From NCBI GenBank assembly GCA_050273025.1, contig CP158636.1, positions 682,001 to 746,000 on the forward strand: 64,000 nucleotides of DNA. The letters are read 5' to 3'. How positions within the stretch are numbered: the first letter of the stretch is position 1; each line of letters starts with the position of its first letter. This document shows, piece by piece, positions 54,247 through 64,000 of the stretch. The translations under genes and the position numbers were made by a program. The notes below the pieces were generated by a model. The model searched no databases and was not told where the DNA came from. It was given only the letters and a program-made list of their open reading frames with translations. This DNA comes from Cenococcum geophilum. Taxonomy: Eukaryota.

Positions 54247-57200
54247 TGTTAGCGACTTAGTCAATTAAGGCACGAGCACGGTAAGAGGGACGCGCAAGCC
54301 TATACAATTGGTAGTCTATAAACGAAGATCTAAAGCTAGAGAAAGGAAAGGAGAAGAAGAGCAGCGCTAGTTAAAGTAGGGTTCTTTTATATAGTCTTCT
54401 AGTCATATAACCGCAAAGTTCTACTAAGTTCTGCCAGTGCCGTAATATTACCCCCCCCCTCTATAAAAGCCTGCCCTTAGGCTTTATAGTCCATATTATG
54501 CTTATAGGGCGTTCTTATCTTTATGTTCTTCCGGTAGCTTATCGTCTTTACTATACTAGCACTCTATCTACTTGTCTAGGTACTTTAGGGGTCCTAGTTT
54601 ATTAGGGTAGCGGTTATAGAATTCTTAAAGCTTATAGGGACTGCTAATAAAGTTCTATACTGGGTACCAGGTAGGATCTAGGTTATAGCCTTTCCAATTA
54701 ATATAGTACTTTAGCGTTTTCCTTACTAGTTTATAGGCCAGTACTTTTTTAATTTCCTATTCGTTGTCGCCATTAACTTAAATCGGCAGGGGAGGTGTGT
54801 TTTTTTGTCTAGGTAATAGGTCGTTTATAGCTTTTTATAGCTTATCCGGCAAGAAAACGGGGTAAACCTTAATTAAATCTGGGAGCTTTACTTTATACAA
54901 GTTACCTATCTTCTTAAGGACCTTATATGGTCCCGCTATCTAATAATCTAGCTTACGGCTAGGCCGTTCTATCTTTTAGTTCTTTATTATAACCTAGACT
55001 ATATCGCCTACGGTAAAGTCAGGTTCGTGCCTATACTTATTTGCCTACTGTTTTATTAATTTCTAGGCCTTTTTTAGATTTATATGGGCTACCATCTAGG
55101 CTTCCTCTAAGCGCTTAGTGTACTACTGGGCTTCCTTATAAGACAGTTTCTTGCGTACGGTCTGTAGTCCTTCTAGTTTATCCTAATTAAAGCTTATTTA
55201 GGGTAAATACCCTATTTCTAGTTAGATAGGTGCAAATCCCGTAGAGTTATAGGGTAGGGTCGCCTGGGCGTAGTTTATTAGGGGTAGTAGTTCGCCCTAG
55301 TTGTCCTAAAAGTAGTTAATAAAAGGCCGGAGTCTCTAATCTAAATATTAATTTATAATCTCCGTCTAGCCGTTTATCTAGGGGTAGTATACTATAGAGA
55401 GCTTTAGCTTAATACCTAGGATTTGGGTAAACTTGTTCTAAAAGGCCGATATAAATTGCGGGCCGCAATTGGATATAATAGTATCTAGTAGTCCATAAAT
55501 GCGGTAGACGTAGTAGATATATAGTCGGGCCGCCTCCTTAGCATTAATATTCTTATAATAGGGAATTAAGAATAGGCGCTTACTAAAGCGGTTAACTAGA
55601 ATTATAACTATATCATATCCGTCGCGGTCTATTAGTAGCTTATAGAAGTCTATAGAGATATACTGCTAGGGGCGGTCGGGTATTAGAAGAGGTTTTAATA
55701 GTCCTAGGGTCTTATCTTGTAGAATTATAGATCTACGGCAGCTGTCGCAATTCTGTATATAACGGTCAATATTTATAACCATTCCGGGCCAGTAGTAGCG
55801 GTCACTAATAATCTTACGGGTCTTATTTTTTCTAGGGTGGGCTGTAGAGACCTAGGTATAAGCTTCGGCAATAAGCTAGGTCCGTAAGTTTTATTTTTTA
55901 GCTACTACTAGCCGTTCCTAGTGCTTAAGTAGTCCGCTTTTAAGGGACTATAGGCTGGCAACGTTCTTTACCTTTTTACGGTATTCCTATAGAAAGGGGG
56001 TCGTTCGGTTAGCCTATAGTAGTTTATTAATAAGGTTAAGTTTAGAGGAGTTAATAGGATATATCTTGGCGCCTAAGGAGTCCGTACTTAGTTCTGCCTA
56101 TATCTAGGGGTTAAGGTATTCTAGTTGTAGTAGCGTCTAGGTCCATAGTAAGATCTTTACAGCCGTCTAGTTATCTAGGTCTTACTTACGCCTTATAAGA
56201 GCGTTCGCGCGGTTCGTAGCGCCTAGTCTATATATAATTAAGAAGTTAAACTAAGATAGGGTATCTACCTAGCGTGCCTACCGGGCTATAAGGGCCTTAG
56301 TTATTATAAAGTATTCTAGGGCCTTATGATCTAAAACTACCTTAATTGGCTTAGGGGTCCCCTTTAGCTATATACGCTAGTGCTAAAAGCTAGAGATAAT
56401 AGCTAGCATTTCTTTATTATAGATATGGTAATTTAGCTTAGCATCTATTATAGTCTTCAAATAGTATATAATAGGGTGCTACTCTCCGTCTAGTTACTTC
56501 TAGGAAAAAATACTAGCTATTACGCCGTCTAAGGTATTAGTTTCTAGTATTAAGGGCCATTCTAGGTTAAAATAGGTAAGTAGGGGAGCCAATACCAGCC
56601 GTTTCTTAAGCTTATTAAAGGCCTGCCTATATATAGCGTTAAAGTAAAAGGGCTAGTCTTTTCTAGTAAGACGGTTAAGAGGCCAGGTAATTCTACTATA
56701 GTTCTTAATAAAGTGTCGGTAGAAGTTATAAAACCCTAAAAAGGATTATACCCCCTTTACAGTCCGTAGGGGTGCCCACTGGTCAATTATAGCCATTTTC
56801 TCTAGGTCGGTTTTAATTCTATCTATACTAATAATAAAACTTAGGTATTTTATACGCTTAACACTAAACTCTAACTTCTTAATGTTAACCTAGAGGCTAG
56901 CCTTGCAAAGCCATTATAGGACTTTATAGACGTGCTCCTTATATTTTAGCTCATTCTTAAAGTAGATTATAATATCATCTAAATAGGCCGTATAGAAATT
57001 GTTAAGGTAGTTAAAAAGTATATCATTTATATACCGCTAGTACGTAGCTGGTCCGTTAGTCAGTTTAAAAGGGAGCACTTTATATTTATACGTTCCGTAA
57101 TAAGTCTAAAATATAGTAAGATCTTTAGACCTAGGATTTATCCTAATTCAGTAGAAGGCCTAGCAGATATTAAGTTTTATAAAGACCTTAGCTCTACTTA

Positions 57201-59937
57201 TTTAGGCTAGAGTCTTATTAAGTAGGGGCAGCGGATAGCGATCCTTACGGGTTATGTTATTTAGCTTATAGTAGTTAATGCAGAAGCGAAGTCCTCTATT
57301 TAGCTTTTTAATAAAGAAAATAGGCAAGGCAAAAGGGGCTTAGCTAGGCTTAATAAAGCCCTTATTTAGGTTATTAATAAGATACTACTTTATAGCCTAT
57401 AATTTAGTAATAAACTACTTATAGAGGGGGCTAAAGCTAAAGGTGTTTTCTTTGCCCTACTTAATCTTAATCTTATAGTTATACGGTCAGTAAGGTAGAA
57501 GTATATTAAATACTACTTTAGAGAATACGTTCTTAAATTTCTGGTGTTAATAGGGCAGCTTTTATTCTACTAGTTCCTTATCTATAAGCTTACTTTCTTA
57601 TCCGCTAAGCTTATTTCCCTTTTCCTTAATTATTTAATTAATTTCGTATAAGCTCGTTATAAAGGTAATGGTATTAGGCTAAACTAAGTTCTGGTAAAAT
57701 CCTACGGCACTAATACAGTAGACATTAACTAGTGGGAGGTCCGCTAGTTTTCTTACAGCCGTTTTCTAAACTGTATTTTGCGGTCTAGGGTTTATAATCT
57801 TTCTTAGCTCCTATTCTATCTTCTGTAGATTATCCCTCTAATCTATTAGTTTAGTATAATATCTAGCGTCCCTTACTGTTCTTTATAGCTATATAGGGCC
57901 TAAGCTCTCCATAGGGGGCTTTTTTAAGTTACTACTAACTTCCTAGGTCTTTAATGCAGGTAACGTGACATAGGTAGTCTAGGGGCGACGTAGTATACGG
58001 ATCCGTTGTAAATTAAGCTATATATCTTTCTTAAAGGCCTAGTCCCTACGCATAGCATTAGCCTAGTAAATAGTATTAATCTAGGGCCGTATAAGGTTTT
58101 CTATTATAATGCTAATTTCTTTTATAAAGGAAGGGGTCGGGGGTAGGGTTTCGGGCTAGGTAAGCCGTCTACTCTATACGTCAAGCTATAAGCCTAAATA
58201 GGCTAGCTATTTTCGCCTTAAGATTATATTATAGCTACCTAGGTCCATAATAAGGAAGGGGGTATTATACTACCTTCGTCCGTTAACACGGAGGTAAATC
58301 CGCAAGATAGTTATAATAGGTAGTCCTATCCGCCCATTATACCCATAGATAGGAATTAGTTTAGGCAGTTCTTTAATAGGTACATTTAGAAAGTTAGCCA
58401 GCTTTACGGTATACTAGGTGTCTATTAAGGCAAAGGTATTTACTCTAGAGTTAGCTAAAGTAGAGGTTAAAACTTAGTATCTATTGCGGAATAAAGTACA
58501 AGGAATAATATAGCTTCTTTTACTAACTAGCTAACCTAGATTAACATCTAACATATCAACCCCTTTTAACCCTAGAGAGGAGCCTTCCCCTAAGGTTCCC
58601 CTTTTTCTAACTCTGCGCTATCCTCCTAGATTAACAGAACCCCGTTTACTTTTATATTTATTAGACAATCCTTTATATAGTGGCCTTTCTAACCGCAAGA
58701 GAAGTAAGCTCCTTAAGCACTAAGGGCCTGTATATGGGGGTTGCTATATATAGGCCAAGCATTCGCTAAACCCATAGCAGGGCTAACCGCACGGCTAGCT
58801 GCTAAATTGGCGGCGGGCTATATAGGTGGTGCTATAGGGGTTACCAATTATGCTGGGGCATTACGGACCGTTCTTATATTACTTATAGTCTAATTTAAAG
58901 GGTTTCTGGCTTTATACCGTTTAACACGTGCCTTAATTCGGTAGAGGCCTTAGTTAATAGCCAAGCACTAGTCTATAAGTTCCTTTAGCATCTATACAGT
59001 AGTAAAAACTAGTAGTACGGCTCGCTATAGGTCTAGGGTAAGCTTATTAAATAAATCTAGCATTAGATCTTCCTAGGGAATTTAAGCCTAGCCAGCTAGG
59101 TATAGAAAGCGGGTCTAAAAGGCTAAGAAGGTCTCCATTGTTTTCATATTTAGGCTTTTATAATTAAGTTAGGCGTTCTATACTTTAAAGGGGTCCTTAT
59201 AAATAGAAGACAGGTGCATAATTATCTCTTCTTTAGAGAGGAAGGGATTTATTAAGTCCTATATATATTAAGGACGTAAGTGCGTCTATACATCCCCGCC
59301 GGTACGGCCAAAAACGTAGGCCATTTTAGCCTAAGTAGTAGGGAAGTGGTCCGCATTAACTTCGAGCTTATCCTATAATTAAAGCTTCCAATTATTAAAT
59401 ATAGGGTTAGTTCCATCTATAAGTAATAGAGGGTCCGCAACCTTTATAAACCGTAATAATACTAATGCTGTACGTTAGGCTAGGGCCTTAAGGACTATAG
59501 CAAGTCTCTAGGTGTCCAATAACTCTTCGCTAGGTATAAGGGGTTCTCTAGCTTTAAGCAGCTCTTAAAATCGTTTAATTTCGGCATTAGCTACTATAAG
59601 CTCCACCTAGGAGTTTAAGTTAGTTGCTATTTCACCATTAGAGGTATTTAAGGGTCCTACAGCTACTTTGCCGGCCGCTATAGTTCTTAGTATAGTAATA
59701 CAGTTGTTAGGGTAACTTCCGGTAGGGTTTTTGCAGGGGTTTTAGTCTATATATGTTCTGTATTCTTTTCTATTCTTTAAGTTCTAGTAATAGCCTTTAG
59801 GTCTACTTCTGTGTTCTATTCTTATTTATAGTCTATAAATATTTTTTTAGGAAGAAAAGTAAACGAGCTTTAGTTAATATTAGCAACTTAGTTAATTAAG
59901 GCACAAGTACGGCAAGAGGGACGCGTAAGCCTATATA

Positions 59938-60955
59938 GTAGTAGTTCTTTAATTAACGTCTGATACGGATCCTATCTAGGCCCACGCAGACTACTCCGTC
60001 ACAGGGGGAAAACTTGTAATTTATAGGAAGAAAACCCTGCAGTTAGGTTGGGGGAGGAAAAACCCTATAAGCCACCTTAGTAGGATAAAAAACCCTGATT
60101 TGCCATATCCGTCCGTAGCGGCGGCCCTACGGGCCTACGGCTACGTCCTGTCCTCCTTAGATGTTCGAACTCCTTAGGAACCACTGCTTCCTTCTCTAGC
60201 TTATTCTAGCTAGGGTTCACTACATCCTAGCTAGGCCTTGCCGTTCGATTGCTATATACTTATAGTTATGTTCCGTATTTTAACCACCCCCTATATACTA
60301 TCTCTTATTAACCATTACTATATACGCCATACCTCCCCCCCCCCTAAGGCCTATTAAAGGCGTAAGGGGGATTCATCTATAAACCACCACTATACTAAAA
60401 GGCGAGCGGGACGTATATGCCTAAGTATCTTTTATACCTAGGCCCTAGTCACTAGGCCCTCGCCAAGGGTTACTACTCCTTAAGAGGAGACAGGAAAACC
60501 GTACGGTGTTATCCAGACTGCTAGGTAGTATTTAATAGTTAATGGCGAGTGACCGTATACTCCGCGGGCGATCGCCCTAGGGGTTAGGAGGGGCCGTATA
60601 TTTGCTTATTACTCGTTCGTTCGCAATCGCTCGTTCGTCAACATAAGAGGTTGTTGATGCTCTCTACTGGGGGTCGGGGGATGTTATCGAATGCCGCGTA
60701 TCCATGTTGGATTGTACAGGTGCCTTAATAGGAGAATAGTGTTGCTGTTATCGTAAGGGGCACTCAGTAGTGGTTTTCGAGATCTCACCATCCCATGTGA
60801 AAACCTTTCACCACCGCCCATAATACCCATAACCACCACCACTAGGTCGTATCGCACGCTATACGACGTCTCTGCGTTAGCTCTGAGTCTAAACTTCGAA
60901 GACTCAGGTTTATAGCCGTTACCACATACAGGTGCAGAGTCCGTTTTCAATGGCC
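59938..60955 (-). mobile_element. ~1.0 kb non-autonomous non-LTR retroposon (SINE-like) with ribozyme head and LINE-like tail
   Basis: 15-bp TSD gcgtaagcctatata (59923-59937, 60956-60970) splitting the F LTR; minus-strand 3' end ...GGAGTAGTCTGCGTGGGCCTAGATAGGATCCGTATCAGACGTTAATTAAAGAACTACTAC resembles the LINE end at 61522-61582. Confidence 0.88.
60870..60955 (-). ncRNA. HDV-like self-cleaving ribozyme (predicted fold)
   Basis: P1 GGCCAUU/AACGGCU (G1.U wobble, one A.C mismatch), P2 CUCUGC/GCAGAG, P3 ACC/GGU, L3 UGUAUGU, P1.1 GU/AU, P4 CUGAGUCU/AGACUCAG, J4/2 GCUAAC with the C75 equivalent at 60880; G1 abuts the TSD. Confidence 0.8.
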
Positions 60956-61055
60956 GCGTAAGCCTATATAATTAGTAGTCTATAAACAAAGATCTAAAGC
61001 TAGAGAAAGGAAAGGAGAAGAAGAGCAGCGCTGGTTAAAGTAGGGTTCTTTTACA

Positions 61056-61582
61056 AATATAGCTGGCTAAAACAGACACTAAAATACGTAATACTATTAT
61101 GCCCCTTACGCACTAACTAAGAAGTAATACTCTTAGTAGCTAGTATAGAGAACTATAAGATACTACTCTTAATATAAAAAGGCCTTAAGGTGGTTACCTA
61201 GTAGCTTATTAGCTAAAATATACTAAACCAATTCTAGGTTATAAAGAAAATAATAATAGAGGGCGGGAGGGCGAGTAACGGGCGCCCCTTAATAACTCTA
61301 TAGTAGTAGAGTAAAGTATACAATACTAGCGCGTCCGTAGGCTAGTTACAGCAGTAGTGGTTCCTAAGAAGGTTAAAAAGTAAGGTAGTAGGAGCACTAT
61401 AGGTGACTCGCAGGCGCCTTGCAGGCGCCTTATAGGCGAGTCCCAAAAAGCAGAAAGATGGATCACGGGGTTTTCTTAAGTTAAGTCTTTCTTAAGTTAA
61501 GTTTTCTCCCTATATATAAATAAGGAGTAGTCCGCGTAGGCCCAATAGGGATCCGAATCGGACGTTAAGCAATGAATTATTA
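61056..61582 (+). mobile_element. 3' end of the Tad1-like LINE (ORF2 C-terminus and 3' UTR)
   Basis: C-terminal relic ...KGLKVVT**LIS*NILNQF; terminus ggacgttaagcaatgaattatta immediately before the TSD. Confidence 0.75.
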
Positions 61583-62050
61583 TATATCTCTAGGTTAATA
61601 TTATCCTTATACTTCTTTAGGTAGGTTAACGCTATAGTAGGTATAGAATTAACGGGGTGTCGTACGTCAAAGGTAGGTAGGATTTTTCGGTTTTGTAGGA
61701 TCTCGTAAGTTTACTATCAAGAGGTAGGCAATTTAAGATATTGTTTAACGTGTTTTGGACATTATTTAACGCATTTTAAACATTAACTTAAAACCCTAGG
61801 TTTAGTAACACTTCTAACCTAAAGTATAACTAAATCTTCGTAAACGCGATTGTTCTGCGTAATAAACGCAACTTAGTATCTCCTAGTACTTAGTAACACT
61901 TCTATTACTAGTTTTCCGCAAGTCTAAGGTAGTACAGTATCGCCAGGATCTATTCCATATAAGCGTATATAGCACCCCTATACAAGACTATCTCTTCTAT
62001 TTAAAAACCTAGCTGCTCTATAGTTAACTATATATTTAACCACTAATTAG

Positions 62051-62216
62051 TGTTGGTTATATAGGGTAACTTACTAATAATAACTACTCGAGTAGGTTAC
62101 AGTAATGTTGGTTAATAAAGCTTATTAATTAGAATGAGGAAGGGCAAAAAGCCTAAGACTCCTCGCCACGCTAGTGCCGCGGCGTCATATAATAATCGCT
62201 TACCTTATTCCCGACA
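62051..62216 (-). repeat. 5' LTR of Copia A
   Basis: Direct repeat of 568-733; ctaattag at 62043-62050; followed by TSD GAATC. Confidence 0.93.
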
Positions 62217-62682
62217 GAATCTATTATATTAAATATATAATATAACTATTATAGTTAAGCTATAGTTCATAAAAAGTAATAAAAAGTAATTTTTAAAATA
62301 TTTTTAGTTACTATCAAACTAACGCCCATAAGCCCTTAGAAGCTTTGTTATTGGATTTAGGGGTATAAGGAGCAGTATATACGTATTCCTACCCCATAAC
62401 CAAATTATCAAATTCTACTACAAAGCGTCCAATTTATAAGATAACTATTACATATTGGGGGGGCTGATTTAGCGCGGTTACAACCCAGATTAATACGAGG
62501 TTAGGGCTACCCCTACTAATAACGCGCCCAAACCCCGCACAAGGTCGTGCAGCAACCGCCCCTAAGTACTTTCGCACGCGATTTTAGGCGAAAAGGTATA
62601 TAATTTATATTAGATCGGTACTTCTAGACGGTCGCGTAATATTACTCTAAATTTATAACACCTAAACGGGCTCTATTCCTAC

Positions 62683-62950
62683 ATTAAGGCGTCTTAGTTA
62701 CTATAGTATAGTCTTATATTAAGACGTCTTAGTTACTATAGTATAGTCCTATATTAAGGCGTCTTGGTTAATATAGTGTAGTTATATATTAAGGCGTTTT
62801 AGTTACTATAGTACAGTTCTATATTAAGGCGTCTTGGTCATTACAGTGTAGTTATATATTAGGGCGTCTTAGTTACTGCAGTGCAGTTCTATATTAAGAC
62901 GTCTCAGTTACTAATATAGTCCTATATTAAGGCGTCTTAGTTACTATAGT
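62683..62950. repeat. 35-bp minisatellite, about 7.5 copies (attaaggcgtcttagttactatagtatagtcttat)
   Basis: Units start at 62683, 62718, 62753, 62788, 62823, 62858, 62893, then a shortened unit; differences mostly transitions. Confidence 0.92.
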
Positions 62951-63352
62951 AAAATAGATATTATCTACTACTTGAAAGGGAGCCTCCTTTACCCTAAATA
63001 TTTTTATAAAGCTAATCTAAAGAATACCAGCCTCGTAGCTGTTTTAGCTAGTTAATAGCCTATTTTTTATCTCTTACTATACCGTCTTCTACGCGCCGTC
63101 TTATATCCTTAATTATCCTATAGTAACGGCTATAGAATATAGCCTTACTGTTAACCCGCTAGTACGCCCCCTAGTAATAATTAAGAGCTTTAATTAATGG
63201 CTTACCTACTAGTCCTAAAGTTTACTTAGCCCAGAGCTAGAATACCGAATTGCCGCCCTAAAGTATCTTATATTTTCTTAGCAGCGCCTATAGGTTAAGG
63301 ATAAATAGGAAAGGTAGTTAAGTATTTACTTACGCCTACGCTAGCGGGGGTA

Positions 63353-63520
63353 GTATAGATATAGTAGATAGCTAAGTAAGGGGTGTAGATATTAGCTAAG
63401 TAGGGGGTATAAATATAGTAGATAGCTAAGTGGGGGGTACAGATATAGTAAACAGCTAAGTAGGCGGTATAGATATTATAAATAGCTAAACGGGTAGCAT
63501 GGATATAGTAGACGTTATAG
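63353..63520. repeat. 30-bp degenerate tandem repeat, about 6 copies (gtatagatatagtagatagctaagtggggg)
   Basis: Visible periodicity; one unit shortened by 6 bp, compatible with a coding repeat. Confidence 0.75.
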
Positions 63521-64000
63521 TAGATAGTATAGGCCCGCCTAAAGGTAGATATATAGACTCTATAGGCCTTATTTAGATACCTATCTTTCCTTACTAGATC
63601 TATATAGGTATAGGTATAAATAATACTAATAACCTTTTTATCTTACTAAGGCGTTCTAAAATTGTATACACGTGTAATTAAATACCTTTAATCTCTAAGA
63701 TTACGGCTTTATATTTTAGCTTAGCTACAGCCTTATAGGCGGGCTAGTATTTCCGTATTATTAGCTTATTTAGTATAACTACGTTAGCTAGCGAGCTTTT
63801 TACCCGCGTAGTAAACCTCTAGTACTCCTTATAGCTAAAAAGGGAGTCCTTTTATAGGGGGTAGAGCGGGAACTACTTATATAGGATTACTAAGTCCTAT
63901 AATAGGATTACCCTAAGCGCGTAAAGGAGGCGTAGAAATCTTAAGCCTATAAGGTTAAGCCATATAACCTTATTATTAGCCCTATCTAGGTAGTAGGTCT

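Larger units (their letters stand above)
54247..61055 (-). mobile_element. Ty3/Gypsy chromovirus F; right-hand (5') LTR interrupted by a SINE-like element and truncated
   Basis: LTR 54247-54447 matches 59878-59937 plus 60971-~61055; polypurine tract (C-run on plus) ~54448-54461; chromodomain ~54560-54770, integrase, RNase H, RT (GLRFCINYYKLN ~57260-57295), protease ~58440, gag to ~59640; no right-hand TSD. Confidence 0.9.
30045..61582 (+). mobile_element. Tad1-like LINE, interrupted by D3 and F, most of RT deleted; own segments 30045-31559, 52396-54246, ~61056-61582
   Basis: 15-bp TSD tatatttctaggtta (30030-30044) / tatatctctaggtta (61583-61597); ORF1 with tandem CCHC-knuckle relics ~31145-31300; ORF2 AP-endonuclease relics and start of RT; short (ATT)n tail. 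Confidence 0.88.
568..62216 (-). mobile_element. Copia element A (GalEa-like), outermost host of the nest; own segments 568-1132, 7186-10607, 18653-19918, 29932-30044, 61598-62216
   Basis: Matching 166-bp LTRs at 568-733 and 62051-62216; TSD GAATC at 563-567 and 62217-62221; pol segments collinear with element B; own segments sum to ~6 kb like B. Confidence 0.92.
62455..64000. mobile_element. Unclassified RIP-degraded repeat running off the window end
   Basis: Strong RIP dinucleotide bias and two internal minisatellites; no domain recognised; left boundary is a guess. Confidence 0.35.

Noticed and set aside
60155..60185. Hammerhead core (CTAAGGAG..CGAA on minus) or Pol III B box (gttcgaactcc on plus)
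   Set aside because: The hammerhead would need GAAA (GAAC is present) and I could not build stems I and III; the B-box-like motif is antisense to the element and lacks a spaced A box.
60684..60950. 88-aa ORF in the SINE-like element
   Set aside because: TTG start, no recognisable domain, overlaps the ribozyme helices; it probably stays open only because this segment is weakly RIPed.
62683..62950. CRISPR-like array
   Set aside because: Units are contiguous with no unique spacers, and the context is eukaryotic RIPed DNA.
62960..64000. Transposase assignment (e.g. Mutator-like) for the terminal region
   Set aside because: No catalytic or zinc-finger motif could be read with confidence through the RIP damage.

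Overview
This window contains no intact host gene. It is an AT-rich, heavily RIP-mutated (TpA-rich, CpA/TpG-poor) transposon nest from a filamentous ascomycete; the species cannot be determined from sequence alone. Almost the whole window (568-62216) is one ~6 kb Ty1/Copia element (A; 166-bp LTRs, TSD GAATC) inflated to ~61.6 kb by nested insertions, whose boundaries were read from LTR pairs and target-site duplications. Nesting: A contains Copia B, Gypsy D1, the non-autonomous Copia derivative C (containing Gypsy D2) and a Tad1-like LINE. The LINE contains Gypsy D3 (containing Gypsy E and G) and Gypsy F (containing a ~1 kb SINE-like retroposon). The most striking observation is that retroposon (59938-60955, minus strand, 15-bp TSD): its 5' end coincides with the predicted cleavage site of an HDV-like ribozyme fold with a non-canonical P1.1, and its 3' tail resembles that of the surrounding LINE. 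Also notable are a double-palindrome 3'-UTR module shared by Copia and Gypsy elements and a fast-diverging Cys-rich antisense ORF in the D family. Domain coordinates inside pseudogenes are approximate and were read by eye through RIP damage.
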